Assembly: GCA_963666835.2 (NCBI GenBank)
Contig: CAXXGO010000003.1
Span: forward strand, 64,001 to 128,000
Reading direction: 5' to 3'
From: Phycisphaerae bacterium
GTDB lineage: Bacteria > Planctomycetota > Phycisphaerae > UBA1845
Length of the DNA: 64,000 nt
Positions 1-11,459 of this stretch are shown here, piece after piece; within the stretch, counting starts at the first letter, position 1; every line of letters begins with the position of its first letter. The notes beneath the pieces were generated by a model, which saw nothing but the letters and a program-made list of their open reading frames with translations, made no database searches and was not told the DNA's origin. Both the position numbers and the translations under genes were made by a program.

Positions 1-1
1 C

Positions 2-1465
2 GAGGCTGTCACTACGTTGATGGAAAGCCTGCTGCGTTCGGTTGATCCCGACGAGCTGGGGCGGGAGGTGTTGGTTCTTGACGTCCTCAACCAGGCCTCT
101 GCGACGATTGGCGAGGAGCTGACGGATCGGCCGCTGGTGGAGGCTCGCCTCCGGGAGAACCTGGGGAGCGCGTATCAGACTATTGGCGAGCATACGTTGG
201 CTTTCGCCGAGTCTACGCGGGCTGTGAAGCTCCGGACCGAGGAGCTGGGAGATTCCCATCCGCAGACCCTCAGTGCCATGAGGAATGCGGCGACGGCTTA
301 TGGCATGTCCGGTCATTACGCGGCGGCGGCAAAGCAGCTTGAAGAGGTCCTGGAGGCTCAGAAGAAGATCATCGGTGATGAGCATGTAGAGACCCTCTCC
401 ACGATGAATAACCTCGGTACGGTGAACCTCGAGCTCGGTCGGTATGACGAAGCCGAGCGGCTGTATGAGTCGGTACTCGCCGGCCGCAGACGCGTATTGG
501 GGGATGAGCATCCAAATACGTTGTCGTCCATGGCGAATGTGGGCTACGTTTATTCTTCGCTGGGGCAATACGAGCGGGCCGAGTCGGCGTTTCTTCGGGC
601 TTTGGAGATCTCCCGACGTGTTCGGGGCGAGCAGCATCCCCAGACACTTGAGATCCTCCAGGGATTGGCGCTTACGTATCAAACTGAGGGACGTTACGAG
701 GATGCTGAGCGGATCTACCTTGATTTGTTGGATGGTCGGCGGCGCGCTTTCGGCGAACGTGACCGAGTTGTCGCGAATCTGCTTAATGATCTTGCGGAGA
801 TCTACCGGGCAACGGGGCGTTTCGACAAGGCCGAAGCACACTACACCGAGGCGATTCGGATCGAGAACGAACTTTTTGGGCCGGAGAACTTCCTGACTCT
901 CATGACCGTATACAATCAGGCGCTTATGTACCAAGAGCAGGGTAGGATAGCCGAGGCCAAGAACGCATACGTCAGTTTGCTTCCGGTTCTCCGGCGCGTC
1001 CGTGGCGAGGAACATCGTACAACGCAGAAGTGCGTGAATAATCTCGCTGCAATACTCATGGAGGAGGGCGCCTATGCGGAGGCGGAGCCGCTCTTTCGTA
1101 GTTCCATTGATTTCCTAACTCGATCACAGAAGCCGACGCATTCGACAGTGCTGGCCGCACGCAGTAACCTCGGCGATCTGTGTCGCAAGATGGGCCGCTT
1201 GGATGAAGCCCGGCAGATCCTCAACGAGGTCGTAGATGCCGCGCGAAGAACGCTGCCGGCGCGGCATTGGTTTATCGGGGTCTTCCTGGTCAAGTACGGT
1301 CGGTGCCTGGTGGATCTCGGGGAGTTTGAAGAGGCGGAGGATGTGCTGGTGGAGGGCCGGGATGTCCTCTTGGAAGCATTCGGTCCCGATCATCAACGCA
1401 CGGTTGATGCGGAACTGGCGCTTCGCGATCTGGCTCTGGCGCGGACGGGTTCGGAGCCCCCGTAA
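2..1465 (+). CDS. TPR-repeat protein, 5'-partial (probably the C-terminus of a Ser/Thr kinase-TPR protein)
   Basis: Frame is open to the window edge; ~42-aa kinesin-light-chain-type TPR repeats (LGxEHPxTLxSMxNL...G.Y.EAE). The kinase domain is inferred, not seen. Confidence 0.8.
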   Translation, partial: EAVTTLMESLLRSVDPDELGREVLVLDVLNQASATIGEELTDRPLVEARLRENLGSAYQTIGEHTLAFAESTRAVKLRTEELGDSHPQTLSAMRNAATAYGMSGHYAAAAKQLEEVLEAQKKIIGDEHVETLSTMNNLGTVNLELGRYDEAERLYESVLAGRRRVLGDEHPNTLSSMANVGYVYSSLGQYERAESAFLRALEISRRVRGEQHPQTLEILQGLALTYQTEGRYEDAERIYLDLLDGRRRAFGERDRVVANLLNDLAEIYRATGRFDKAEAHYTEAIRIENELFGPENFLTLMTVYNQALMYQEQGRIAEAKNAYVSLLPVLRRVRGEEHRTTQKCVNNLAAILMEEGAYAEAEPLFRSSIDFLTRSQKPTHSTVLAARSNLGDLCRKMGRLDEARQILNEVVDAARRTLPARHWFIGVFLVKYGRCLVDLGEFEEAEDVLVEGRDVLLEAFGPDHQRTVDAELALRDLALARTGSEPP

Positions 1466-1607
1466 CGCAGGCTTCCAGCCTACCCCCGGTAGCACAGGCT
1501 TCCAGCCTACCCCCGGTAGCACAGGCTTCCAGCCTACCCCCGGTAGCACAGGCTTCCAGCCTGCCCCTTTGGATGAGCCCCCGCGTAACGCAGGCTTCCA
1601 GCCTGCC
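1462..1607. repeat. Tandem REP-like array: four 27-bp units plus a fifth copy, core GTA(G/A)C(A/G)CAGGCTTCCAGCCT(A/G)
   Basis: Units start at 1462, 1489, 1516, 1543 and 1585; each has the hairpin AGGCT-TCC-AGCCT preceded by GTAG/GTAA; lies between convergent genes. Confidence 0.9.
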
Positions 1608-1622
1608 TTTTCGGAACCGGCG

Positions 1623-3686
1623 TCAGTGACGCTCTCCACGCTTGCCTTTACCCGCTCGTTTTGCCGGGGATTTCGCGGCGCTTTGGACCATTAGCTCGGG
1701 CATCCCCTTCAGTTCTTTTATGCGATCGCGAAGCTGTGCGGCTCTCTCGAACTCGAGAGCCTCGGCTGCCGTAAGCATGTCCTTCTCCAGCATCGCAATC
1801 AGCTCAGTGCGGTCCAGCTCCTCTTCAGAGGCTTGAATCGCGGCGGCCGCGACCTTGTGGGCGGCGACCGTGTCTTCGAGGCTCGAACGAATCGCCTTGG
1901 TGATAGTCTCCGGTGTGATCCCGTGCTCTTCGTTGTAGCTGATCTGCAGCTTGCGCCGCCGGTTGGTCTCATCGATGGCACGCTGCATGCTCCCGGTAAT
2001 CTTGTCGCCGTAGAGTTTAACCTCCGCGTTAACATTGCGGGCGGTGCGGCCGATGGTCTGAACGAGCGAGGTTTCGCTCCGGAGGAACCCCTCCTTATCG
2101 GCGTCAAGAATACAAACCAAAGACACTTCCGGCAGATCGAGCCCCTCGCGCAAAAGGTTGACCCCGACGAGTACGTCGAACTTCCCCTCGCGTAGTTCGT
2201 TGAGGATCGTAACCCGTTCGAGGGTGTCGATGTCACTGTGCAGATATCGCCCGCGCAGCCCCTCCTGTTCGATAAACGCCGATAGGTCCTCCGCCAGGCG
2301 CTTGGTAAGCGTCGTGACCAGCACGCGCTCTCCGACTGCCGCGCGTTCGGCAATGCGGCGGAGGATGTCGGGTACTTGGCCGCGTGCCGGAAGTACCTCG
2401 ATCGGTGGATCGATCAGCCCGGTGGGGCGGATGATCTGCTCGACGATTTCTCCACCGCACTTCTCCAGTTCGTACGGTCCGGGAGTGGCGGACACGTAGA
2501 CAACCTGGTCCCACATGCTCTCGAACTCCTCCAGGCGCATGGGGCGATTGTCCAGGCAGCTCGGGAGGCGAAAACCGTGGTCGACCAGAGTCTCCTTTCG
2601 AGCCCGGTCTCCGGCGTGCATCGCCCGCAGTTGGGGGATGGTTGCGTGCGATTCGTCAATAACCAACAGGAATTCTCTCGGGAAGTAGTCCACCAGGGTG
2701 TACGGCTTCGCTCCCGGCGCGGTGCCGTTGAGGTGCCGGGAGTAGTTTTCTATTCCGGAACAGTACCCCACCTCGCGGAGCATCTCGACGTCGTACTTCG
2801 TTCTGGCGAGCAGCCGCTGGGCTTCGAGGAGCTTGCCGTGACGACGGAGTTCCATCACCCGCAGGTCGAGTTCCTCCAAAATACTCGTGGTGGCGCGCGC
2901 AACTCGATCCTCGGGCATTACGTAGTGTACGGCCGGGTAGATGAACACCTTCTCCGCCCGACCGAGTGTCTCGACGGTCAGAGGGTTAATCGTCTCCAGT
3001 TTCTCGATCTCGTCACCGAACATCTCGATCCGATAGGCAAACTGCTCGTAGGCCGGGTATAGCTCAACCACGTCGCCGCGCACTCGAAACGTGCCGCGAT
3101 CGAAGTCGAGGTCATTGCGGTTGTATTGCAGGTCCACGAAGCGTTTGAGCAACTCGTCCCGATCGATGCACTGCCCGGGCTCCAGTACGACCACGCTGGC
3201 CTTGTAGTCCTCCGGTGAGCCGAGACCGAAGATGCACGACACGCTGGCCACGACGATTGCGTCGGCGCGGGATACCAGGGAGCTGGTGGTGCTGAGCCGC
3301 AGGCGGTCGAGGTCGTCATTGCGAGAGGCGTCCTTTTCGATGTAGATGTCCCTTTGCGGGATGTACGCCTCCGGCTGATAGTAGTCGTAGTAGCTGACGA
3401 AGTACTCGACGGCATTCTTAGGAAACAGCCCCCGAAACTCCTCGTAGAGCTGGGCCGCCAGGGTTTTGTTGTGCGAGACCACCAGCACCGGCTTGTTCAC
3501 CGCGGTGAGAACCTGAGCGATGGTGAAGGTCTTGCCGGATCCGGTCACCCCGAGCAAGCACTGCTGCTTTACACCGTCGCGGAACCCGGCCGTGAGCTTT
3601 TCGATCGCGGCCGGCTGGTCGCCGCTGGGCTCAAATGGGCTGACAAGCTCGAAATGGTCCAACTTCTCGCTCCAAAGCAATCGCAC
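1623..3686 (-). CDS. uvrB: Excinuclease ABC subunit B
   Basis: GVTGSGKT Walker [23 protein letters not shown] and C-terminal UVR domain ([11 protein letters not shown]). True start may be a few codons downstream. Confidence 0.98.
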   Translation of the reverse strand: MRLLWSEKLDHFELVSPFEPSGDQPAAIEKLTAGFRDGVKQQCLLGVTGSGKTFTIAQVLTAVNKPVLVVSHNKTLAAQLYEEFRGLFPKNAVEYFVSYYDYYQPEAYIPQRDIYIEKDASRNDDLDRLRLSTTSSLVSRADAIVVASVSCIFGLGSPEDYKASVVVLEPGQCIDRDELLKRFVDLQYNRNDLDFDRGTFRVRGDVVELYPAYEQFAYRIEMFGDEIEKLETINPLTVETLGRAEKVFIYPAVHYVMPEDRVARATTSILEELDLRVMELRRHGKLLEAQRLLARTKYDVEMLREVGYCSGIENYSRHLNGTAPGAKPYTLVDYFPREFLLVIDESHATIPQLRAMHAGDRARKETLVDHGFRLPSCLDNRPMRLEEFESMWDQVVYVSATPGPYELEKCGGEIVEQIIRPTGLIDPPIEVLPARGQVPDILRRIAERAAVGERVLVTTLTKRLAEDLSAFIEQEGLRGRYLHSDIDTLERVTILNELREGKFDVLVGVNLLREGLDLPEVSLVCILDADKEGFLRSETSLVQTIGRTARNVNAEVKLYGDKITGSMQRAIDETNRRRKLQISYNEEHGITPETITKAIRSSLEDTVAAHKVAAAAIQASEEELDRTELIAMLEKDMLTAAEALEFERAAQLRDRIKELKGMPELMVQSAAKSPAKRAGKGKRGERH

Positions 3687-3778
3687 CGAGCAAACCGCCC
3701 CATGCTAACCACCGGTGGTGGGCACCTCAATCCAGGCCGGCATACTCTCGCCGAGCGGATCGAGCTTGACCCTCTATA

Positions 3779-4093
3779 ATGTCTACCGTTCAATACGGGC
3801 ACATCCCGGAGAGTACTGTGATGGATGAGGGCTCGCACGACGACGGCTGCCTGGTGTTGACGGAAGAGCACCGCATGCTTCTGCGAATGCGCGAGACGCT
3901 CTACGAGGGTAGCTGGGAGGACTTCATTCTCGATTTGCGCGCTCGTTTCGATGGTCGTCCGCACGTCTTCGAGACCCTGCCGGATTCCCCGGGAATGAAG
4001 CCCACGATCAGCCGTCACTTGGATCTGATCGCACAGATGCAGCGCTGGGAGGCTGATCGGGGCAGGACGCTCCGATGCGATGATGAGCTCTGA
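3779..4093 (+). CDS. Small hypothetical protein, divergent from uvrB
   Basis: Globular-looking ORF (RMLLRMRETLYEGSWEDF); alternative start at 3821 with GGAGAG upstream. Confidence 0.6.
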   Translation: MSTVQYGHIPESTVMDEGSHDDGCLVLTEEHRMLLRMRETLYEGSWEDFILDLRARFDGRPHVFETLPDSPGMKPTISRHLDLIAQMQRWEADRGRTLRCDDEL

Positions 4094-4490
4094 GCATCCG
4101 GCGATCTCGGGGCGCGCTGAACCTGCGAGTTCGGTGCCAGGTGCGCGTTTGAGCCTTCTTGCGGGCGTGATAGCCCATTACCGTTCGAGAAGCAGGCGGG
4201 CGGTGGTGCCGAGAGCGGTGCTCGCTGCGATGCCGAGAGGCTCGGGAGGTGTTCGGATCGCTTGACGAGATCATCCGGTTCCCGTCAAATACAGTGTCGA
4301 CGTCCGCCGTTGAGGCCGCCGCGAATACAGGCGAGTCTGTGGCTCGGAGCGAAGTCGAATTAGCGGGGCGCGCTGGTTGGGGCGGCATCGCCGCATGGTA
4401 TCGATCTGCCCGGACCCCGCCTTACGGGGGAGGCGGATTACTTGAGGTGATTCCGTTCTTTGAGCGGCGATCTCCAAGGAAACTGTCCGT

Positions 4491-5783
4491 GTGCTGAGGG
4501 AGCTATTGTCGATGAATCTCAAACTTGCGGCCGTCGTTATCCTGGGGGTGTCGATCATCAGTGCCGGATCTCCGGCGGGCGGTGAGCTTGTCGACTCGGC
4601 GGCCATGACTCAGGCGGGTTTGACCCAGTATTGGGATGCCCGGCTCCCGTTGCCTTCCGGAGATAGGGTCAAAGAGGCTTTTCTTGTTGATGATTCACTG
4701 TACGTCACTACCGTAGAAGGGATGCTTTTTTCGGTCCAAGCGGATGTTGGTCTGATTCGCTGGGCAGAGAAGTTGGCTCCGCCGGATTGTCCGATCGGCA
4801 GACCCGCCCACGCATTAGGTCTGGACGGGAAGGGGCCGGTGATCGTCCCCGTAGCCGAGAAGATCAAGATCCTCGATCGGTTTACCGGGCGGGAGGTTCG
4901 CGAGATTGCACCGCGGTTCTCGCGAAGCAGTGCGGCCGTCGGTTTCGGCAAGCTTATGTTCCTGGGCGGGTCGGACGGCCACGTTCACGCGATTATCTGG
5001 GATGTGCCGGAGGGCGTTGTTCCGCTCGAGCATTGGGTGGTCGATGCCGGTGGGGTGGTGGCGGCTACTCCGCTGCTCTACGGGGCGGGTAAACTCGCCT
5101 TCGCGACCGTTTCCGGAAGAGTGTACTCCTGTTTTGCGTTGGACAAGGCGTTCGACTGGGCGTTTACCGCAGGCGGGAGCATAACAAGCGAACCGGTGGC
5201 GGATGACCGGGGGGTCTATGTGGCCAGTCTTGATCGCTCCTTGTACAAGTTGGATTCAGACACCGGACGGTTGGTGTGGCGTGTGCGAATGTCCAGTCCG
5301 CTGTCGATCGCTCCGGTGCTTGCGTCTCAGGTCGCGTATCAGTTCTGTTCGGGCGAAGGTGTGGTTGCCGTCGACGCCAACACTGGATCGGTGAAGTGGC
5401 GAAACGGGGCGGCGGTTTCCTTCGTGGCCGATAGTGGGGGGAGCGTAGTGCTGTCCGCCGCCGACGGAGCTCTGTTGGTGGTGGGCCGAGATGGCGGCAA
5501 GTTAACCGGTACGGTGGCGACTTACGGTGTGGCGGATATTGTGGCGAACGCACAGGGTGATTCGGTTATCGTGCTCGGTTCGGATGGCTACATTCTGTGT
5601 GCCCGGCCGGAAGGCGTTCCGTACCTCCACCCCGAACGGGTGTCGGCGGAGAAAGCTCGTTTGAACGTGCCTCCTCGAGATGCGGATGACGTGGAGGGTG
5701 AATGGGCGCCGAGTACCGCCCCGAACGTTGACCCGCTGGACGACGACCCCCTGCGGAGCCGACGTGATCTCGAGGGTCGCTGA
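4491..5783 (+). CDS. Secreted PQQ-like beta-propeller (BamB-like) protein
   Basis: Signal peptide; repeated blade motifs (LDSDTGRLVW, VDANTGSVKW). Confidence 0.8.
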   Translation: MLRELLSMNLKLAAVVILGVSIISAGSPAGGELVDSAAMTQAGLTQYWDARLPLPSGDRVKEAFLVDDSLYVTTVEGMLFSVQADVGLIRWAEKLAPPDCPIGRPAHALGLDGKGPVIVPVAEKIKILDRFTGREVREIAPRFSRSSAAVGFGKLMFLGGSDGHVHAIIWDVPEGVVPLEHWVVDAGGVVAATPLLYGAGKLAFATVSGRVYSCFALDKAFDWAFTAGGSITSEPVADDRGVYVASLDRSLYKLDSDTGRLVWRVRMSSPLSIAPVLASQVAYQFCSGEGVVAVDANTGSVKWRNGAAVSFVADSGGSVVLSAADGALLVVGRDGGKLTGTVATYGVADIVANAQGDSVIVLGSDGYILCARPEGVPYLHPERVSAEKARLNVPPRDADDVEGEWAPSTAPNVDPLDDDPLRSRRDLEGR

Positions 5784-5917
5784 CTGTCGTACGCTCGGAC
5801 GCCGGCGCGGTCCGGCCCGGGATTCAGTCTCACCATGAAGGTTCGGATTGGCTCGCGGCCACCGGCTTCGGCTATTTTTCAGGTCCACTACCCTTACAGT
5901 GAAGGTGTGTCACCAAT

Positions 5918-7618
5918 ATGGCATCAACGGGCATCAGGCGTGCGCTGATCAGCGTTTATGATAAAACCGGAGTCGTCGATTTCGCCCGGGCTCTTTCGGA
6001 TGAGTTCGAGGTCGAGATTCTCTCGACCGGCGGGACCGCCGCTTTGCTCAAAGAGAACAAGATCCCCGTTACGCTGGTGGAAGAGGTTACCGGCTTTCCG
6101 GAGATGATGGACGGTCGGGTGAAGACCCTGCATCCCAGGATTCACGCCGGTATTCTGGCGGACCGGACTAACCCCGACCACCTTCGTCAGCTTCAAGAGC
6201 AGGGAATCAAGCCGATCGATATGGTCGTGGTGAATCTGTACCCCTTCGAGAAGACCGTTGCGGATGCGGCCTGTACCCTGGCGCAGGCGATCGAGATGAT
6301 CGACATCGGCGGTCCGTGCCTGCTGCGGGCGGCCGCGAAGAACAACCGGTGCGTGCTGCCCGTGGCCCATCAGGACTGTTACGAGGATTGCCTCGCGTTC
6401 CTGCGCGGAGAGCTGGACGACGACGAGGCGAACTTTCGAAGCCATCTGGCCTGCTTCACCTTCGGCCTGACGGCGGCATACGACATGGACGTCCATCGGT
6501 ACTTCGCGGAGAACGGCGAGTGGGCTTGCGAGGATGACGGAGAGTCTGCAGGTGCTGAGGGAACGCTGCCGGAAGACGGTGAGGGACTGTTTCTTTCGTG
6601 GCCCCAGTCGGCCAGACTCCGCTACGGAGAGAATCCGCACCAAGATGCGTGTTTCCTCATCCAAGACCGGATTGAAGACGGGTGCCTGGCGCCGGAGAAG
6701 GTCCTGTCCGGCGCGGAAGTTTCGTTTAACAACTATGCGGATGCGGGGGCGGCCCTCGATCTGTGCAAGGAGCTGACGCGCGAGTTGGCGGGAGGATCGC
6801 CGGGGCGGGCGGTTTGCGTCTTTGCCAAACACACGAATCCGTGTGGGGTCGGCATAGCCGAGGACTCGATTGAAGCCTGCCGACGGGCGTACTTGGGGGA
6901 TCCCAACGCCGCGATGGGGGGCATCCTGGCCTGCAATACGCCGGTCTCAGAGGATTTCGCGACCGCGGTCATGGAAACTTACGATCGGTGGGGAAAGGCT
7001 GCAGGAGCCGGAGGGTTCTTCGTAGAGGTGTGGTTGGCGCCTTCGTTTTCCGAGGAGGCTTTTGCCGTGATTAATACCCGAAAGAAGTGGGGCGAGCGCG
7101 TCCGTCTTTTCGGGGTCGGAGATATGACCGCGACGCCGGCGGCGGAAGGTCACACGGCCAAGACGGTCGTCGGCGGGATGCTCATCCAAACGCCGGACCT
7201 GCTCGGGCTTAACGAAGATCAATGGAATGTCGTTACCAAGCGGACTCCGACGGATGCGGAGATGGCCGATTTGCGGTTGGCATGGTTAGCGTGCAAGCAC
7301 ACCAAGAGCAATGCGATTACCGTGTGTAAGGACGACATGTTGCTGGGCAACGGGGCCGGACAGATGAGCCGGGTGATGAGCTGCCGAATCGCTACGTGGA
7401 TGGCTAAGGAGAACGGTCACGCCGATCGGCTTATGGGGGCCTCGGCCGCATCGGATGCGTTCTTCCCGTTCCGCGACGGGCCGGACATCCTGGCGGATGC
7501 CGGCGTGACGGCTCTCATCCAGCCGGGTGGTTCGAAACGTGATGAGGATACGATCAAAGCTTGCGATGAACGAGGTCTGGCGATGATCTTTACCGGCACC
7601 CGGCATTTTCGGCATTAG
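5918..7618 (+). CDS. purH: Bifunctional AICAR formyltransferase/IMP cyclohydrolase
   Basis: [44 protein letters not shown]-terminal RHFRH. Confidence 0.98.
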   Translation: MASTGIRRALISVYDKTGVVDFARALSDEFEVEILSTGGTAALLKENKIPVTLVEEVTGFPEMMDGRVKTLHPRIHAGILADRTNPDHLRQLQEQGIKPIDMVVVNLYPFEKTVADAACTLAQAIEMIDIGGPCLLRAAAKNNRCVLPVAHQDCYEDCLAFLRGELDDDEANFRSHLACFTFGLTAAYDMDVHRYFAENGEWACEDDGESAGAEGTLPEDGEGLFLSWPQSARLRYGENPHQDACFLIQDRIEDGCLAPEKVLSGAEVSFNNYADAGAALDLCKELTRELAGGSPGRAVCVFAKHTNPCGVGIAEDSIEACRRAYLGDPNAAMGGILACNTPVSEDFATAVMETYDRWGKAAGAGGFFVEVWLAPSFSEEAFAVINTRKKWGERVRLFGVGDMTATPAAEGHTAKTVVGGMLIQTPDLLGLNEDQWNVVTKRTPTDAEMADLRLAWLACKHTKSNAITVCKDDMLLGNGAGQMSRVMSCRIATWMAKENGHADRLMGASAASDAFFPFRDGPDILADAGVTALIQPGGSKRDEDTIKACDERGLAMIFTGTRHFRH

Positions 7619-7673
7619 CGGATTAAGGCCGGTCATCAAGTCGTGGCCGTTCGATGTAGGGAGGGATGAGCCC

Positions 7674-8219
7674 GTGAGGCTGTATACGAAGCACGGCGAT
7701 GACGGGTCCACCATGCTGGTCGGGGGGCGCCGCGTTGCCAAATGTGACCTGCGAGTAGCCGCCTACGGCGACGTTGACGAGACGAACGCGGCGATTGGTA
7801 TTGTGATCGCCGCTTGTCGGGATGAAGAGGACATTGCCATGCTCCGCCGGATCCAGGCGGATCTCTTCTTGCTCGGCGGCGAGCTGGCGGCTCCGGACGG
7901 CGTTGAGGAGTGCCGCCGGATCGACGAAGCCCACTCTCAGCGGTTGGAGGTCTGGATCGACGCTGCAACCGGCAAAGTGCCTCCTTTGCGCAGTTTCACC
8001 CTGCCGGGCGGAACCGAGGCGGCGGTGGCGTTCCACTTAGCCCGGGCGGTGTGCCGGCGGGCGGAACGTGCGGTAGTGGCACTGGCCGGGGCGGAGCCCG
8101 TTCGCAGAGAGGTTGTAGTCTACTTGAATCGGTTAAGCGATTTGCTCTTCGCGTGTGCTCGGCTAGCGAATCACCGTGCCGGCGTGGCGGAGATTCCCTG
8201 GGAGGTCCCCAAGGGATAG
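7674..8219 (+). CDS. pduO: PduO-type ATP:cob(I)alamin adenosyltransferase
   Basis: LYTKHGDDGST, AYGDVDETN, ARAVCRRAER, YLNRLSDLLF. Confidence 0.93.
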   Translation: MRLYTKHGDDGSTMLVGGRRVAKCDLRVAAYGDVDETNAAIGIVIAACRDEEDIAMLRRIQADLFLLGGELAAPDGVEECRRIDEAHSQRLEVWIDAATGKVPPLRSFTLPGGTEAAVAFHLARAVCRRAERAVVALAGAEPVRREVVVYLNRLSDLLFACARLANHRAGVAEIPWEVPKG

Positions 8220-8296
8220 ACTTTCGGAAGCGGGGCGGATAAACCGAACCGGCGAGCGCAATATTCGTAGTATGACCGAAGCGGGGACCCCGAAAC

Positions 8297-11200
8297 ATGA
8301 GTATCACTCGCATCCTCGACCCTAAGGCCCTTGCTCCTCTGCATGTGGTTCTGATCTGCCTGGTCGCGGCAACAGTGGCTGGTGGATCCTGGTTCCTCAG
8401 CGCGGCGGAATCGAAGACCCTCGTTGATGGAGCGGTAGAATGGCGGGTCGACTCGCCGTTGCGTGCCGTCGTAAGCCTGCTCTGTCTGGGGTACGCGTTC
8501 CCCACAATCCACGCCGGCGCTGTCAAGGTCTACATTCTGGGGCTAGGGGCCGGGTTGGCGCTGTTGGCCGTTGCCTTGGCGATTCTGGTCGGGGGTCGGA
8601 GTGGTGACCAGGATTCGACGGAGGGCGATTTCGTTGTTGCCGACCCGGATTCCGGCTCGGCACCGGCCAAGTCGCATTTTGCTCCACTTACAGCCGCACA
8701 ACTTCTGGCCGTGATGTACCTGCTCTGGTCGTTTGCCAGCAGTCGCTGGTCGGCGGCGCCGGAGTTTGCCGTTGGCGGCAGCGTCCTGCTGAGCATCTTC
8801 TTCCTCTGGGCGCTCGCGCTGGGGAATGGGATGAACGTCTACGCGGCGCGCCTTACCTCGTGGATCATCGTAGGCGTAACGGGGGTAACGGCCGTCGTAG
8901 CGATCTGGTATTTCTACGGTCGAAACCCGGCAATACGTGCGAAGTTTCCGTTTGGTAACCCGAACTTCCTGTCGGCATGCCTGGTTCCGGGCTTGCTTCT
9001 CGGCGGGACTTGGGCTTGCGGGGCGATCGGGGGTCTCAAGCGAGGTTGGAGCCCCCGCGCTTTTGCGGCGCTGGTGGTGTCGTTGGCCGTCATTGCTTTG
9101 GGACTTTGGGCGTTCGTTCTGGCGGGGTCGCGCGGGCCGGCATTAGGGCTTGTCGTCGGTACGCTGGCGGTTTTGTTCTTTGCGCTACGCGGCTGGGGCA
9201 AACTCCTTCCGCTGGTATTGGTGTTGGCCTTGGCATCGTTTTCCTGGTTCTATTACTCGTCCGTCAAGGACGCGGAGACTCCGGGCGGGCGCAGCACGAG
9301 CTTGCGCTTTAGGACGTACGCCTGGGGGTACGCCTGGCAGATGTTCACCGAGAAGCCGTGGACCGGTCACGGTCAGGGCGGCTTCGTTTTGGGCGGAGAC
9401 ACCCATGCCGTTGATGATGTGCTCGATGATCCTCTGGTTTTCAGGGCTCGTATCGCCCACGCCCACAATGAGTGGCTGGAGGTCATGGCGGATCTGGGGA
9501 TGGTGGGCCTTGTCTTGTTGGGGGCGTCGTTGGCTTTGACGCTTCGTGCCGGCGCTTTGGCACTTAGAGAACGCAAGGCCGGGGAGGACCGCTGGGCATT
9601 GTTGGGGCTGATGGGGGCGTTGGTGGGGCTGGTGATCGAGGAGACGTTCGGGGTCGGGCTGCGGGTCTCGGGAGTGCCGACCCTGTTCTACACGGTCGTC
9701 GGTCTGATCTGGGCGATGAGCGGTCGCTCGCCGGGTTTGGTCGATCGTCTTTCAGCGCGGCACGGATGTCGGGTGGTTTGCGGATCGGCAAGTGTGGTCT
9801 TTGCGTTGGCGATTCTGGTCAACGCTCAGTTGGACTTCTGGGACGCCCGGAACGCCTATCAGGCCGAACAAGCCATCGAGACGGGCGATTACGACGAGGC
9901 CATCCGTTTGGCCGGGGCGGCGCGGAGTCGATTGAATCCTCAGCGCGCCCTCAGTGGCTTCTATCGGCTGAGCGAAGCGCACATGTTGGCAGCGCGGAAG
10001 CTGCAAGGACGCGCTGCTGATCGCGAAGCCCGTGCCGGTGGGGATGATCTTGCGGATCAGAAACTCGTCGCCCTGGCTCAGATGGATCGCGATCTCAGTG
10101 AGCAGCACTGTGTAGCGGGGAGCCTCGCTCTGAAGGAACTGGTGCAACGTTCCCCCGGCTATCTCAATCATGGGCATGTGGAATATTGGCTGAACATCGT
10201 CAGAGCGGACAACGCGGCCGCACGGAATGACCATGAAGGCCGGCAACTTGCTCTGCGTAACGCCGTTGCCGCGATCCAACGCGAGGTCAAACGCCAGCCC
10301 TTCAGCCCCGCAACGGCCATCGATTTAGCGCGCGTGATGGGCTTCGGCGTGGATGCCGCCGGCAAGTTGGAGGTGCTGGCCAGGTCGTTGAGGTATAATC
10401 GGATTACGGCGAGGTATGTCGAGGTGCTGTTGGCGCTGATGACCGAGCCTGAGTTTGAGCGGCAGTTCTTCGAACTTACCGGCAAGGCTCGGGAGGCTCT
10501 CGTTTCTCCGGGCGAGGGTGCGCCGGATACGGAACCGGTTCTGGTTTGGTCTCCGGAGGTGCTCCGCCTGGCAGCGACGGTTCACTTCCAGCGTGGTGAA
10601 TTCGCGCAGGCGGCGGACGTGCTCAGCGTAGCGGCGAACGCGTACGAAGCACTTGCGACACGCGCTCCGTTGGGGGCGGCTAGCTGTTTTGCGGAGCTGG
10701 CTGATTGCCAGTTCTATGCCGATTGGAGGAATCCCGGCCCGGCGATCAGCAGCGCGGAGCGGGCTCGCACGCTTGCCCCGAGCTCGTGGCGCGGTCGGGA
10801 TCTGCGCGAGGGACTTAACGAGCGATTGATCGACTTCTATCTGGCGGCCGGACGGGAAACCGATGCCCGCGATCTGCTACGCGAGACCGCCACGCAACAA
10901 GTTACCGAGGAGATGGTCCTGGCGGAACTGGCCCTGCGCTATCGAGGGATGGTGGACGGGTTGCTTCGCAGAGAAAGCGCTGCTGCCGAAGGTCCGCTTC
11001 CCGTGGAGCACCTTGATGCCTATCAGGCGTGGATCGAGCGCAGCATCGTTATGAACGCCGACGATTCTGTTTGTCGTCTTATCCTGGCTGAGCTGGCGTT
11101 TCTCCGGGGGGACAGCAATGGGGCGGCGGATTACCTCGTTGAGGGGCTGCGGCACGGCTTGACCGTGGACTTGGCGATGGAGTTCCTTGAGGCGGCGCGG

Positions 11201-11341
11201 TCGCGCGACCCTCAGAATGCGGCGCTTAAGGAGCTGTGGGACTCACTGAATCCGAAGGCGCCCGAGCCTCCTGAGAAGAGCGACACCTCTGCTGGGGCGG
11301 AGTCGTTGCTGAAGGCTCTCAAGTCCTCCAAACGTGATTGA
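8297..11341 (+). CDS. O-antigen ligase (Wzy_C) family membrane protein with long helical/TPR-like C-terminus
   Basis: Multiple TM helices, FGNPN, SRG, KPWTGHGQGGF and HAHNEWLE motifs. Confidence 0.8.
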   Translation: MSITRILDPKALAPLHVVLICLVAATVAGGSWFLSAAESKTLVDGAVEWRVDSPLRAVVSLLCLGYAFPTIHAGAVKVYILGLGAGLALLAVALAILVGGRSGDQDSTEGDFVVADPDSGSAPAKSHFAPLTAAQLLAVMYLLWSFASSRWSAAPEFAVGGSVLLSIFFLWALALGNGMNVYAARLTSWIIVGVTGVTAVVAIWYFYGRNPAIRAKFPFGNPNFLSACLVPGLLLGGTWACGAIGGLKRGWSPRAFAALVVSLAVIALGLWAFVLAGSRGPALGLVVGTLAVLFFALRGWGKLLPLVLVLALASFSWFYYSSVKDAETPGGRSTSLRFRTYAWGYAWQMFTEKPWTGHGQGGFVLGGDTHAVDDVLDDPLVFRARIAHAHNEWLEVMADLGMVGLVLLGASLALTLRAGALALRERKAGEDRWALLGLMGALVGLVIEETFGVGLRVSGVPTLFYTVVGLIWAMSGRSPGLVDRLSARHGCRVVCGSASVVFALAILVNAQLDFWDARNAYQAEQAIETGDYDEAIRLAGAARSRLNPQRALSGFYRLSEAHMLAARKLQGRAADREARAGGDDLADQKLVALAQMDRDLSEQHCVAGSLALKELVQRSPGYLNHGHVEYWLNIVRADNAAARNDHEGRQLALRNAVAAIQREVKRQPFSPATAIDLARVMGFGVDAAGKLEVLARSLRYNRITARYVEVLLALMTEPEFERQFFELTGKAREALVSPGEGAPDTEPVLVWSPEVLRLAATVHFQRGEFAQAADVLSVAANAYEALATRAPLGAASCFAELADCQFYADWRNPGPAISSAERARTLAPSSWRGRDLREGLNERLIDFYLAAGRETDARDLLRETATQQVTEEMVLAELALRYRGMVDGLLRRESAAAEGPLPVEHLDAYQAWIERSIVMNADDSVCRLILAELAFLRGDSNGAADYLVEGLRHGLTVDLAMEFLEAARSRDPQNAALKELWDSLNPKAPEPPEKSDTSAGAESLLKALKSSKRD

Positions 11342-11459
11342 CGTTGGTCTTCGTGCCGCGGGCGGATTCTCGGTACGTCGTCCCGGATCCCACGATTCGT
11401 CCCGGGGACGGTACGCTTCCGTTAGGGCAACTCGCGACGTGGGCGCCAGTTCTTAATGC

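Noticed and set aside
1462..1607. CRISPR array
   Set aside because: Units are directly adjacent with no unique spacers, and there are no cas genes.
5775..5917. ZTP (pfl) riboswitch upstream of purH
   Set aside because: Only a loose GGTCGCTGACTG resemblance; the GGGGAGC and 3' GCCCGCCTGGGC elements are missing.
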